Below, piece by piece: positions 38,323 through 48,716 of a stretch of 64,000 nucleotides of DNA. The notes under the pieces were generated by a model. It had not been told where the DNA came from, did no database searches, and worked only from the letters and a program-made list of their open reading frames with translations. How positions within the stretch are numbered: the stretch's first letter is position 1; every line of letters starts with the position of its first letter. The position numbers were made by a program, and so were the translations under genes. The stretch lies in sequence record MK799832.1, one strand, 5' to 3'.

Positions 38323-39087
38323 ATGCCGGCAAAGAAAAAGACAGGTGTCGGAACTACTAACCCAGTTCCATTTGGTATGAGCAATAGGGTAATGAAGAGA
38401 AAGAAACCAATCAATCTTGACTATATCAAGAAGGTAGAACCAATCACAGAGAACCAAGAAGTTTTCTTTGAGAAGTATAAGGAACAACAGAACTTAGTTG
38501 CCTACGGGTGTGCTGGTACAGGTAAGACCTTTATCACCCTCTACAACGCCCTTCTGGATGTCTTAGACCCCAAGTCACCCTACGAGAAGATCTACATCGT
38601 CAGGTCTCTTGTACCGACCAGAGAGATTGGTTTCCTTCCTGGTGACCATGAGGACAAGTCTTCTTTGTATCAGATTCCATACAAGAACATGGTCAAGTAC
38701 ATGTTCGAGATGCCTGATGATGCATCCTTTGAGATGTTGTATAACAATCTTAAGGCACAGGGAACTATTTCTTTCTGGTCCACATCATTCATTCGTGGTA
38801 CCACATTGGATAATGTGATTGTGATTGTTGATGAGTTCCAGAACCTGAACTTCCATGAACTTGATTCAATGATCACTCGTATCGGTGAGAATTCTAAGAT
38901 CATGTTCTGTGGTGATGCAACTCAGTCCGATTTGACCAAACAGAATGAGAGGAATGGTATCGCAGACTTCATGCGTATCTTGACTAATATGCCATCCTTT
39001 GATACAATTGAATTCAATGCAGAAGATATCTGTAGAAGTGGTCTTGTTAAAGAGTACATCATTGCTAAACTTGAACTCGGTATGTAA
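38323..39087 (+). CDS. phoH: PhoH-family ATPase
   Basis: GCAGTGKT, IGFLPG, FIRGTT, VDEFQN, FCGD. Confidence 0.95.
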   Translation: MPAKKKTGVGTTNPVPFGMSNRVMKRKKPINLDYIKKVEPITENQEVFFEKYKEQQNLVAYGCAGTGKTFITLYNALLDVLDPKSPYEKIYIVRSLVPTREIGFLPGDHEDKSSLYQIPYKNMVKYMFEMPDDASFEMLYNNLKAQGTISFWSTSFIRGTTLDNVIVIVDEFQNLNFHELDSMITRIGENSKIMFCGDATQSDLTKQNERNGIADFMRILTNMPSFDTIEFNAEDICRSGLVKEYIIAKLELGM

Positions 39088-39752
39088 TGTTTAATCACAT
39101 TGAAATTGATTATCCAACTCTCGATAGAGAGATGATTGACGGTGTAAGGTATTATGATACTCCAGATGGACAAAAATTAGTTTCCATCACATCGATTATT
39201 AGTCACTACAATCGAGAAATCTTCACTAAGTGGAGAAAGAGGGTTGGTGTTGAAGAAGCAAACAAGATCACAAAGGCAGCAACCAGTCGTGGTACTGACA
39301 TGCACACACTGGTTGAAAACTATATGTTGAATAAGGAACTTCCGACAGTGCAACCATTGTCAGAGTTCCTTTTTAAACAAGCCAAACCTGATCTAGACAA
39401 AATTGACAACATTCATGCAATCGAACAGGCTCTTTATAGTAAAGAGTTAGGTGTTGCAGGAACAGTCGATTGTATTGCTGAGTATGATGGAGAACTTGCT
39501 GTCATTGACTTCAAGACAAGTAAGAAACCAAAACCAGAAAAGTGGATCGAACATTATTATGTACAGTGTGCAGCCTATGCATGTATGCTATACGAAATGA
39601 CTGGTATTATGGTCAAAAAATTTGTCATCATTATGTCTTGTGAAAATGGAGAAGTTGAAGTCTATGAACAGTATGATAAGAGAAAGTACATCAACCTTCT
39701 CGCAGAATATATTAGCGAGTTTGTTGAATTCAAACTACAGCAACATGCCTAA
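39087..39752 (+). CDS. PD-(D/E)XK exonuclease
   Basis: SITSII, RGTDMH, IEQAL, AGTVDCIA..VIDFKTS, QCAAY. Confidence 0.85.
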   Translation: MFNHIEIDYPTLDREMIDGVRYYDTPDGQKLVSITSIISHYNREIFTKWRKRVGVEEANKITKAATSRGTDMHTLVENYMLNKELPTVQPLSEFLFKQAKPDLDKIDNIHAIEQALYSKELGVAGTVDCIAEYDGELAVIDFKTSKKPKPEKWIEHYYVQCAAYACMLYEMTGIMVKKFVIIMSCENGEVEVYEQYDKRKYINLLAEYISEFVEFKLQQHA

Positions 39753-40014
39753 ATCTGAAGAACTCAGTGTTGATCAACTCATCGAAAAGAAGTTCTATAA
39801 TAGTAGAACTTTCTCGGAGGAGATTGAGAAGATTGCAAAAGAGAACAAGGACATGAAGTACATGGACTCAATTGTTTTCTTTTGTGAGAGTAATAATATT
39901 GACATTGAGTCTATTCCTAAGTTAATATCCAAACCTTTGAAGGAAAAACTTAAGGCTGAGGCTATGGAACTCAACCTATTGAAACGTACATCTCATGCGA
40001 AACTACCTTTATGA
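39745..40014 (+). CDS. Late-transcription coactivator gp33
   Basis: FSEEIEK...YMDSIVFFCESNNIDIE..PKLISKPLKEKLKAEA; synteny before gp59. Confidence 0.85.
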   Translation: MPKSEELSVDQLIEKKFYNSRTFSEEIEKIAKENKDMKYMDSIVFFCESNNIDIESIPKLISKPLKEKLKAEAMELNLLKRTSHAKLPL

Positions 40015-40622
40015 TACCTAAAGTGACACCCTTCGACACTTACAAGAGTTATCTTGGATTGAAAAATCACTTTACAAAAGAAAAATATGATTACCATCGT
40101 TATGGTGGTAAGTCTCGTGCATCATTAGAGTCCTTTTACAAACGTAAAGACAGGTTCTTTTTTGAAAAATTGAGTCGGCAGAAAGATGATAGTGAAGTTA
40201 TTGAATTCTTTGTCAGTAATTTTGTGTCTTGTGATGATCCTCAGTCTCTGTGGATTGGTGAGATCGTCAGGAACGGTGAACAGAACTACACCGATTGGAA
40301 AAAACGTCTTCAGTCTCTATCTTATACGTTCAAATCAGAAGTAGAGAATGTTTTTTCTGGTAAAAACTTTGATGAGATGTTCAAGATTGAGGGAACTCGT
40401 CACCCTCAACTCATCAAAGAACACCTTGGAAAGAACCTTTCCCTTGAGTCTTTAGTGATCTTAAATAAGATCCTAGGATTCAAAAAACAATTCGATAGTA
40501 AACTGAATGACCCTGTGTGGAAGTTCTTATCGATGAGAATTGACAAGTATGATTCCTTTATACATATTGATGTATTCAAATTTAGATCTATCCTCAAGGA
40601 GGTTATAATCAATGGCACTTGA
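40011..40622 (+). CDS. Helicase loader gp59
   Basis: YLGLKNHFT...YDYHRYGGKSRAS..SFYKRKDRFFFEKL. Confidence 0.9.
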   Translation: MIPKVTPFDTYKSYLGLKNHFTKEKYDYHRYGGKSRASLESFYKRKDRFFFEKLSRQKDDSEVIEFFVSNFVSCDDPQSLWIGEIVRNGEQNYTDWKKRLQSLSYTFKSEVENVFSGKNFDEMFKIEGTRHPQLIKEHLGKNLSLESLVILNKILGFKKQFDSKLNDPVWKFLSMRIDKYDSFIHIDVFKFRSILKEVIINGT

Positions 40623-40784
40623 TAATGCTACCGTGCTTGAAAATCTGAGACAGCAAAAGGCTGAACTCGAAAAACAAATCGATGGTGGACGTGAAATGTA
40701 TCTTAAGATCCTCGGTGCCATTGATGTTCTGGAACAGATCGAAGAGTCTAACAATCAAGAATTAGAAGCAGACGCACAAACACA

Positions 40785-41120
40785 ATGAGTTTCTTTCAAT
40801 CAGAAATAGTTCAAACGGAAATGAAAGAGATCTCCGAATTACAAGAGGAGATCTACAAGAACGTGTTTGCGTTCGCATCAATGACCAACAAAGATAAGTT
40901 AGAACACGTTGAAATGTTAGAGAGTCTGTTAAAGAAACAACAGGTTCTCTACACTCGTCTGAGCTTATCTGATGATCCCGAAGCTCAGATGATGAAGGAG
41001 AGTATCATGTCTTCTGCACGTCAACTCGGATTCCCTGCTGATGTGGACCTGACATACGTCTTCAGTAACATGACCAACATCATCGACAACATGAGAAAAC
41101 ACCTTGACGAAAGTCTCTGA
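40785..41120 (+). CDS. Conserved hypothetical protein (DUF1825-like)
   Basis: MSFFQSEIVQ...KQQVLYTRLSLSDDPEA. Confidence 0.7.
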   Translation: MSFFQSEIVQTEMKEISELQEEIYKNVFAFASMTNKDKLEHVEMLESLLKKQQVLYTRLSLSDDPEAQMMKESIMSSARQLGFPADVDLTYVFSNMTNIIDNMRKHLDESL

Positions 41121-41225
41121 CGAACTGTATAGACCTGGGATGTCTCTAAACTCATCTGAGAGGGACTGAGAGAGGTATAGGTAAAGTCTGGGGAGACAGT
41201 ATCCATAAGTCTCTCCTGGTCCCTC

Positions 41226-41276
41226 TTGACAACTTCTCAAACCATGTGTAGACTAGGTTTGTCCTGGAAGATAAGG
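41226..41276 (+). promoter_or_regulatory. Sigma70-like promoter with the same leader as 6248
   Basis: TTGACA 41226, 17-nt spacer, TAGACT 41249, AGGTTTGTCCTGGAAGATAAGG. Confidence 0.7.
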
Positions 41277-41574
41277 TTACTATAAAGATTACTAAAAGAA
41301 AAGTTACTTCGTAACTTTATCCCGTAGGGATAAACCATATAGACAAATAGTAAAATCTAATCTATAATACATAGTATAAGTCTCCCCGACTTAGAAACCT
41401 ATTATGGATTATTTTTATGTCAAGAATTAAAGATTGTATCAGGTCTCTCGAAGAAGAGATAGAGACCTGTAACATGTTAGAATATCAACTTTATAGTTAC
41501 TATCAAGAGATGAAAGAGAAGTATGGAGAGGTAGAAGACCTCCTGGACTTCTTTGTCCCCTTGATGGAGGAAGA

Positions 41575-42078
41575 GTGATGAATTACTTATCAATATACAC
41601 AGTGACCCCTGAAGGTATCGTCATCAGAGACGATAACAAAGTTATGACACAATATGACAGGGGTCAAGGTTACAAACATGTCTGTCTGAAATGTGATGAT
41701 GGAAAGTTCAGGTGTTTTTATGTCCATAGACTTGTAGGAGAAAAGTATTGTCCTAATCCAGAGAACTATCCTGTGGTTCAACATATGGATGACGACCCCT
41801 CTAACAATCATTACACCAACCTGGTCTGGGGAACTCAATCAGACAACATTAGAGGGGGTGTAGAGAGGGGGAGGGTCAATCCTCCTGATACAAGTAAAAC
41901 TTACCACCTACAGTCTCCTGACGGTCAGTATGTGGTCGTTCATAACCTCAAACAATTTTGTCTTGAGAATAATTTAGACCCAAGTGGTATGAGTAAAATG
42001 TATCGTGGTTCAGAGGGTAGAAACCAACACAAGGGGTGGAAGAAATACCCTAAATACACTGTTGACACCTCCCCGTAA
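41575..42078 (+). mobile_element. HNH homing endonuclease
   Basis: YVHRLVGEKY..N....VQHMDDDPSNNHYTNLVWGTQSDN; NLKQFCLENNL tail. Confidence 0.85.
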
Positions 42079-42156
42079 AGGGGTTATATTATGGGGGACC
42101 CAGAACCCCCACCCAAATCTGGGACACAGACCAAATACAACTAATACAAGGAACAA

Positions 42157-43119
42157 ATGTCAAATTTTTCAGACCTAAAGAAACAATCCTCTCTTGGTTC
42201 TCTGACACAGAAACTGGTCAAAGAAGTAGAGAAACAAAACGGTGGTGGCGGTAATGGTACCGATGACCGACTGTGGAAACCAGAGATGGACAAAAGTGGT
42301 AACGGATATGCTGTTATTCGTTTCCTTCCTGCTCCCGAAGGAGAAGATCTCCCTTGGGTGAAACTGTTCTCCCATGCCTTCCAAGGTCCTGGTGGTTGGT
42401 ACATCGAAAACTCCCTGACTACCATTGGTGGTAAGGATCCTATCGGTGAACTGAATCGTGAACTGTGGAACACGGGTAACGAATCGGATAAGGAAACCGT
42501 TCGCAAACAAAAGCGTAAACTTTCTTTCTACGCAAACATCTACGTGGTCAAGGACCCTGCCAACCCTCAGAATGAAGGTAAGGTATTCCTGTATAAGTTT
42601 GGTAAGAAGATCTTCGACAAGATCATGGAAGCAATGCAACCTGAGTTCGAAGATGAAACTCCTATCAACCCCTTTGACTTCTGGCAAGGTGCCAACTTCA
42701 AACTCAAACTGAAGAAGGTTGCTGGTTACTGGAACTATGATAGTTCCGAGTTCGATCGTGTGTCTCCTCTCCTGGATGACGATGAAGCGATGGAAGCAAT
42801 CTGGAAGAAGCAGTATTCACTCACTGCCTTCACTGCACCCGATCAGTTCAAATCCTATGATGAACTGAAGAAGCGTCTTGATTATGTACTGGGCAACAAG
42901 TCCACCCGTCGATCAACCGTAGAGGAAGAAACTGAGTATGATAACTACGCAGCAACAGAACGAAAGACTGTCTCTGAAGAGGAGGTCATGCGAAAGCTTG
43001 AAGACTCCTATCAATCTTCAAAGACAACTTCTGACTTCAACTCTCCTGATATTACTGTCAGTAAGGGAGACGATGACGACGACCCCATGTCTTACTTCAG
43101 TAAGCTTGCTGAGTCCTGA
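42157..43119 (+). CDS. Single-stranded DNA-binding protein gp32
   Basis: DDRLWKPEMDKSGNGYAVIRFLP...KFGKKIFDKI...FDFWQGANFKLK; acidic tail. Confidence 0.97.
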   Translation: MSNFSDLKKQSSLGSLTQKLVKEVEKQNGGGGNGTDDRLWKPEMDKSGNGYAVIRFLPAPEGEDLPWVKLFSHAFQGPGGWYIENSLTTIGGKDPIGELNRELWNTGNESDKETVRKQKRKLSFYANIYVVKDPANPQNEGKVFLYKFGKKIFDKIMEAMQPEFEDETPINPFDFWQGANFKLKLKKVAGYWNYDSSEFDRVSPLLDDDEAMEAIWKKQYSLTAFTAPDQFKSYDELKKRLDYVLGNKSTRRSTVEEETEYDNYAATERKTVSEEEVMRKLEDSYQSSKTTSDFNSPDITVSKGDDDDDPMSYFSKLAES

Positions 43120-43142
43120 TACCAAAATCGGCCTTTGATTTC

Positions 43143-43177
43143 AAAATACCTGGGAAAAAAATCCCAGGTATTTTTTT
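43143..43177. terminator. Bidirectional terminator between convergent genes
   Basis: AAAATACCTGGGA / TCCCAGGTATTTT. Confidence 0.75.
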
Positions 43178-43191
43178 ACGCGTAGACTTTT

Positions 43192-43742
43192 TTATTCGTA
43201 CAGTCTAATGTTCTCACCACGTACAAGACGGTCTGAGACATACTGTGTTGAACCAGGTGTGTATGGCATGACAGTTTCTACATCATCAATAACTAGACCC
43301 ACGTAGATATCTTTTAGTAAGAATATATTTCTCTTATCGTTTTGAATTCTCTCTTCGTATTCAAAGTTTGAAACTGGATAGACAGAGGAACGAGTTACCA
43401 ATTGACCGAGACCAGTATCATAGAAAGTGATACTCCAGTCACTTGGTACTATCAAACCCTTCTCAATAATAATCCTGTCTTCACTGTCTTTGATCTCATT
43501 GGTTTCATAATGATGATCGAGGTACATATTTGGATATGAACCATACTTATCAAGAAGATACTTATCATATGATTGTTGAGACATTGGCCATTCATTCTCA
43601 AAGTTGATGATGTTATTGGATAACATCACAATCCAATCAAGATTCGCATCACCATAGATCCTATATGCAACCTCATCGGGTCTCTCATCACCAACCACCT
43701 TATACTTGGTGAAGTCTGTGAGTTCTTGGAAGATGTCATCTC
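43192..43742 (-). pseudogene. Baseplate wedge gp53, 5'-truncated
   Basis: DDIFQELTDFTKYKVVGDERPDEVAYRIYGD..LDWIVMLSNNI; no start before the junction. Confidence 0.85.
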
Positions 43743-44259
43743 TGTATCTACTCTCGGTATCGTTACTGGTCTCGAATCAATCGGTGTTGTTACTGCATAT
43801 GTCACTGACATTGTAGGTACATCTGCAACATTCACGGGTAATGTCACCATTGGTGGTACCCTGATTTATGAAGATGTAGAGAACATTGACTCTCTTGGTT
43901 TCGTCACTGCCAGAACTGGTATTCACGTTGGTTATGATTACGACGGTGGTACTGGTATTGGTATCACACTTTTACCATCAGGTAATGCATCATTTGCTGG
44001 TGTTGTCACTGCACCAACAGCACACATTACAACTCTTGGTATTGGTACAGATGACCCACTGAATGCTCTTCAGGTAGGTCTTGCTAACTCTTCATTCACT
44101 GTTGTATCAACAGCCACCACTACAATGGTGGGCATCGGGACTACAAACCCCTTATATACTCTAGATGTCAGAGGAGACACTAATATTGATGGTGAACTGA
44201 CTGTCAATAATAACTCTGTTCCTTCATTAGCAATGGTCATTGCTCTTGGTGGACTTTGA
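43743..44259 (+). pseudogene. 3' half of a tail-fibre gene whose 5' half is at 55953..55015 (-)
   Basis: First 37 bp are the exact reverse complement of 55015..55051. Confidence 0.85.
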
Positions 44260-44284
44260 TAAATAACTAAAAAGTATTAATACA

Positions 44285-44812
44285 ATGGCGGAGTCATTTA
44301 CAAATTCACTGACAAGAGCTGCTGGTATTGTGACCACTAGTTCAAGCGGAAGTATTGGAGCTGGTGTTACCATTATTACTGGTATCTCCACTGCTGGTGT
44401 TGCTGTTGGTGACATGGTTAGAACCACTCACTTCAGAGGTGGTGCAAAAGTTGCTTATATTGATGCGGGTCAGGTCAGACTTGACAAGACTTCAACCAAC
44501 ACTTCTTCTGCGACTAATCAGTCCGTAAGTTTCTTGGGTGTCACCACTGCATACACTGCAACAACCAAGTCAATTCTGGTCGGTGGTACTTTCTGTAACC
44601 TGTCCGACAACAATATCAACATCTTTGTAGAAGTCGGTGTTGGAAATACTTTTGTTAATATCGCAAATAACATTCCTGTTCCACAGGGAAGTTCATTTGT
44701 TATCAGTGATGCAGGTAAGACAATCCTGAGACAGAATGAAGAAGTCAGGGTATATTGTAATACCGCAACAGCTGTTGATGTCAATCTGAGTGTCCTTGCA
44801 GGAGTTGCCTGA
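44285..44812 (+). CDS. Tail/virion structural protein
   Basis: Late promoter motif upstream; T/G-rich. Confidence 0.6.
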   Translation: MAESFTNSLTRAAGIVTTSSSGSIGAGVTIITGISTAGVAVGDMVRTTHFRGGAKVAYIDAGQVRLDKTSTNTSSATNQSVSFLGVTTAYTATTKSILVGGTFCNLSDNNINIFVEVGVGNTFVNIANNIPVPQGSSFVISDAGKTILRQNEEVRVYCNTATAVDVNLSVLAGVA

Positions 44813-45444
44813 TGATTGGAAATAACGGTTACATCGGAAGATCTCCTAGTGACTCAGCGGTAACTGTTTCACGTCAGGTCTATCAACCCACAGGTATTCA
44901 AACCACCTATAATTTTGCATCAGGATACGATCTTCAATACTTTGATGTCTACCTAAACGGTGCAAAACAGATTAGAGGTATTGACTTCACTGCTGGTGAT
45001 GGAAATAACTTCTCATTCATTACACATCCACAGCCTGGTGACATCATCGAGGCTGTTACATATAAAGCATTCAATGCCGCACAAGCCACCATTGGTATTC
45101 ACTCCAATGGTGTATCTGTAGGTGAAGCAAATACACTTAACTTTGTTGGTACTGCAACTACATTCTCACAATCTGGTGACACCATTAACGTAGAAGTCAG
45201 TGGTGCTGGTGGTGGTGTTGGTACTGCTATTCGTTATCCTAGTAACACAGAAAGTCCATTTAGTTACATCAATGCAACTGTCTATGTCAATGAGACAATT
45301 GACCTGAATACGACAAATGCAGGTGCAGATAATACATATGTTGTAGTCCAGGAACCAAGAATGATTGTCAGCACTGGTGCTACAATTACTGTTGGTCTTG
45401 GTAAAACACTCGTAACTGATTTGTATCAGTTGGGTGACCTCTGA
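44812..45444 (+). CDS. Tail/virion structural protein
   Basis: DVYLNGAKQIRGIDFTAGDG repeat typical of cyanophage fibres. Confidence 0.6.
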   Translation: MIGNNGYIGRSPSDSAVTVSRQVYQPTGIQTTYNFASGYDLQYFDVYLNGAKQIRGIDFTAGDGNNFSFITHPQPGDIIEAVTYKAFNAAQATIGIHSNGVSVGEANTLNFVGTATTFSQSGDTINVEVSGAGGGVGTAIRYPSNTESPFSYINATVYVNETIDLNTTNAGADNTYVVVQEPRMIVSTGATITVGLGKTLVTDLYQLGDL

Positions 45445-45469
45445 TAAATACCTTTAAAAGATATAAACA

Positions 45470-46855
45470 ATGTCAGCAATTAATGTAAATTCTATTACAG
45501 GTAGGACTGGTTCTCACGGACCAGTGCTGACGGGTGTGACTACCATCTCGGGTGACTTACATGTCGGAAGTGGTTTATCTGTAACAGGTATATCAACATT
45601 AAGTAATACAGTAGTTGGTGGTGCCACAACAGAGTTGGTCGTTGGTGGTGATGCAAGAATCACTGGTATTCTAACAATTGGTACTGGTTCAGTTACTATT
45701 GATGGAACATCAGGTAGTTCAAGTATCACTGGTGTATCCACAGCAGGTATTGGTTCTGTCTATGGTGTTGATAGTATTAATGATATAGCTTATCCTACTG
45801 CTGGTGGATTGCAATTTAGAAACCGTATTATTAACGGTGATGGCAGAATCGACCAGAGAGAAGGTGGTTCAAGTGTGACCGTCGTTAACGATGGGACAAT
45901 TGGACCCGATCGTTGGATGATTCGTACATCGACTCCCTCTGCTGTAAGTATTCAACGAAATGCTGGTGGTATAGCTCCGCCAGATGGGTTTGATTTTTAC
46001 ACTGGTGTCACATCACTAGCAGCTACAAGTCTCGTTACAACCAGTTATTTTGCACTAATACAAAGAATTGAAGGGTATAATATTGGTGATTTAAAATTTG
46101 GATCATCATATGCAAAACCTGTCACAATATCTTTTTATGTACGGTCAAGTTTGACTGGTACCTTTGGTGGTGCTTTGACCAATGGGGCTCATAACAGGGG
46201 CTATCCTTTCACCTACACAATTTCCACTGCAGACACTTGGGAATACAAAACTATAACAATTCCTGGGGATACTTCTGGAACTTGGGATTACGCAAATACA
46301 TGTGGAATGCAGTTGCATTTTGGTCTTGGATCTGGCAGTAACTACACAGGAACTGCTGGGTCTTGGCAATCTGCCACCATCTTAGGAGCAACAGGTGAGA
46401 CCAGTGTTGTTAGTACAAGTGGTGCTACTTTTTATTTGACTGGTGTCCAACTAGAGGTTGGCGAAAGAGCCACCCCTTTCGAATATCATAACATTGAAGA
46501 TGAGCTTCAAAGGTGCAAAAGATACTTTGAAGTTATAGATGTAGCAGGAACATCCTATCTAGCACAGTATACTAATGCTGGTTATTTTTGGGGAGCTAAT
46601 ATACCTTACATGGTTGAAAAACGTATTGCTCCAACTTCAATTCAATACGAGAACATTAGTGGGAGCGACTATTGGGTAGAAGTTGGTCAAATTTCTTATT
46701 CCAATAATAGTACTGCAAATATATCCTTTGACGCTACTGGGGTTCATTCCACTAGAATGTTTCAACTTAGACCCGCTGGTGGTAGCACTCCCACTAGAAA
46801 TTATATCTATATATGGGAACCTAGATTTAAAGTAAAAGTAAACTCGGAGTTATAA
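45470..46855 (+). CDS. Tail fibre / carbohydrate-binding-like protein
   Basis: RNRIING..IDQR...LTGVQLEVGERATPFEY..ELQRCKRYF. Confidence 0.65.
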   Translation: MSAINVNSITGRTGSHGPVLTGVTTISGDLHVGSGLSVTGISTLSNTVVGGATTELVVGGDARITGILTIGTGSVTIDGTSGSSSITGVSTAGIGSVYGVDSINDIAYPTAGGLQFRNRIINGDGRIDQREGGSSVTVVNDGTIGPDRWMIRTSTPSAVSIQRNAGGIAPPDGFDFYTGVTSLAATSLVTTSYFALIQRIEGYNIGDLKFGSSYAKPVTISFYVRSSLTGTFGGALTNGAHNRGYPFTYTISTADTWEYKTITIPGDTSGTWDYANTCGMQLHFGLGSGSNYTGTAGSWQSATILGATGETSVVSTSGATFYLTGVQLEVGERATPFEYHNIEDELQRCKRYFEVIDVAGTSYLAQYTNAGYFWGANIPYMVEKRIAPTSIQYENISGSDYWVEVGQISYSNNSTANISFDATGVHSTRMFQLRPAGGSTPTRNYIYIWEPRFKVKVNSEL

Positions 46856-46859
46856 AAAA

Positions 46860-47048
46860 ATGACTATTACTTCAGCAAAATTTACTAGTATACCAACAAA
46901 TATAGACGGAACTCCAATTATTAATCAGGTTCTTGTTTCAACTCAGAATTCTGATGGCACCGTCTCTACACACCGTTATCCTGAGTCTGAAGAGTTAAAC
47001 CTTTGGGTCGCTGAAGGAAACACTATTACACCCGCTGACTCTGAATAA
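46860..47048 (+). CDS. Small fibre partner protein
   Basis: Ends WVAEGNTITPADSE. Confidence 0.6.
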   Translation: MTITSAKFTSIPTNIDGTPIINQVLVSTQNSDGTVSTHRYPESEELNLWVAEGNTITPADSE

Positions 47049-47070
47049 ATAACTAAAAAATCTGTGTGAT

Positions 47071-48069
47071 ATGTCTAAGATCCAAGTAAATGAGATTGTA
47101 AATCATTTTGATACTGGTGCACCTGATTGTCCCAAGGGTCTGACTGTCACTGGTTTCAGCACCTTTACTGGTAGTGCATCCTTTAGTGGTGATGTATCAA
47201 TTGGTGGTACATTGACTTATGAAGATGTAACTAATATTGATTCTGTTGGTGTTATTACTGCTCGTAATGGTATTGAAGTTACTGGTGGGACAGTAGATAT
47301 TGGAACCGAAACCAGTGGAAGAAAAATTCTCTATATTAATTCATCTGATAATGGTGCTGCTGTTATTTTAAGGGCAGATTCTGCAACAAGAGCACGTATT
47401 GAAGTTCCTGATGGATCATCTGATTTAATTTTTGGTGTTGAAACTGCAACTACACCAACAGAAAGACTTCGTATAACTTCTGGTGGAAACTTGGGCATCG
47501 GAACTGATAATCCGACACACCAAGTATCAATTGCTGGTAGTATGAGGGTACAAAACCCTTCTAATGCTGACCAATTCTTAGCAATTACACATCAAGGTAT
47601 TGATTTTGGTAATAATGGTCTAGCTGGTTCAGCAACCACTTCTGTAACTACATCTCATTTATTGGATGACTATGAGGAAGGCACTTGGACTCCAGTATAT
47701 ACAGGAAGAGCGACAAATGGTACTGCTATTAATAATAGAGCCCCTAGAGGAACATATGTAAAAATTGGAAAACAAGTGACCGTCCAGTTTGACTTTGACC
47801 AAACAAACACTACTGCAAGTGGTAATGCACAAATCATGGGTCTTCCATATCCTGCCACGACTGGTCCTTATAGAAGATATACTGGAAGTATAATTTTTTC
47901 AAATAACAATCTTACTTGGTCTGGTTCTGGTTCACCTTTGATATATCTAAATGATGGTAATAATGCAATTTGGATTGTACAAAATATATCTGGTTCTAAT
48001 TACCAGTTTATTGATAGAACAAGTAACAGATTTGAATGCTGGGGAGTCATTACCTACTTCATAGACTAA
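47071..48069 (+). CDS. Tail-fibre-like protein (DDYEEGTWTP family)
   Basis: LTYEDVTNIDSVGVITAR; GIDFG...DDYEEGTWTP..GTYVKIG. Confidence 0.65.
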   Translation: MSKIQVNEIVNHFDTGAPDCPKGLTVTGFSTFTGSASFSGDVSIGGTLTYEDVTNIDSVGVITARNGIEVTGGTVDIGTETSGRKILYINSSDNGAAVILRADSATRARIEVPDGSSDLIFGVETATTPTERLRITSGGNLGIGTDNPTHQVSIAGSMRVQNPSNADQFLAITHQGIDFGNNGLAGSATTSVTTSHLLDDYEEGTWTPVYTGRATNGTAINNRAPRGTYVKIGKQVTVQFDFDQTNTTASGNAQIMGLPYPATTGPYRRYTGSIIFSNNNLTWSGSGSPLIYLNDGNNAIWIVQNISGSNYQFIDRTSNRFECWGVITYFID

Positions 48070-48096
48070 CTGATAAATAACTAAAAACACACCAAG

Positions 48097-48705
48097 ATGT
48101 CTAGAGCAAGTACATTATCAGGTTTTTCAACTGCTATAGGGCAACCTACCGACCTGAATGTTGGTGTGGTTACCGCAACTCGTATTGACGCTGATAACAT
48201 CACAGCATCAAATACTTATGAATTCAACAACTTAAGTATCACTGGTATCGCAACATTCAGTGACACTGTAAGTATTGGTTCCACATTAGTCGGTGTTACC
48301 ACCATCAGTTCAAGTGGTATTCATAGTCCACTTGGTGTTGGTACATTCCTCAGTGTAGACACCAGAACTCTTTTAGGCAATGTATCAGTTGCTGGTACAC
48401 TAACTTATGAGGATGTCACCAACGTTGATTCACTTGGTATCATCACTACACGAGGTGGTATTCATGTCACTGGTGCAGGTAGTTCGGTAGGTATTGGAAG
48501 CACTGGACCTGAAGTCAGTCTTGATGTTTCACAGAACACTGATGCTATTGGACTTCCAAAAGGTACAACAGCACAGAGACCCACAGGTGTGGAGGGTTTC
48601 ATTAGATTCAATAGTACAAGTAAGGCGTTAGAGATATACGACGGTACAAACTGGGTAGAAATCATTACTGATTACTTCCCATCAGGTTCAGTAATTTTAG
48701 GTTGA
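48097..48705 (+). CDS. Tail-fibre-like protein
   Basis: TDAIGLPKGTTAQRP...G.IRFNS....LEIYDG. Confidence 0.6.
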   Translation: MSRASTLSGFSTAIGQPTDLNVGVVTATRIDADNITASNTYEFNNLSITGIATFSDTVSIGSTLVGVTTISSSGIHSPLGVGTFLSVDTRTLLGNVSVAGTLTYEDVTNVDSLGIITTRGGIHVTGAGSSVGIGSTGPEVSLDVSQNTDAIGLPKGTTAQRPTGVEGFIRFNSTSKALEIYDGTNWVEIITDYFPSGSVILG

Positions 48706-48716
48706 GGTAAGGTATA

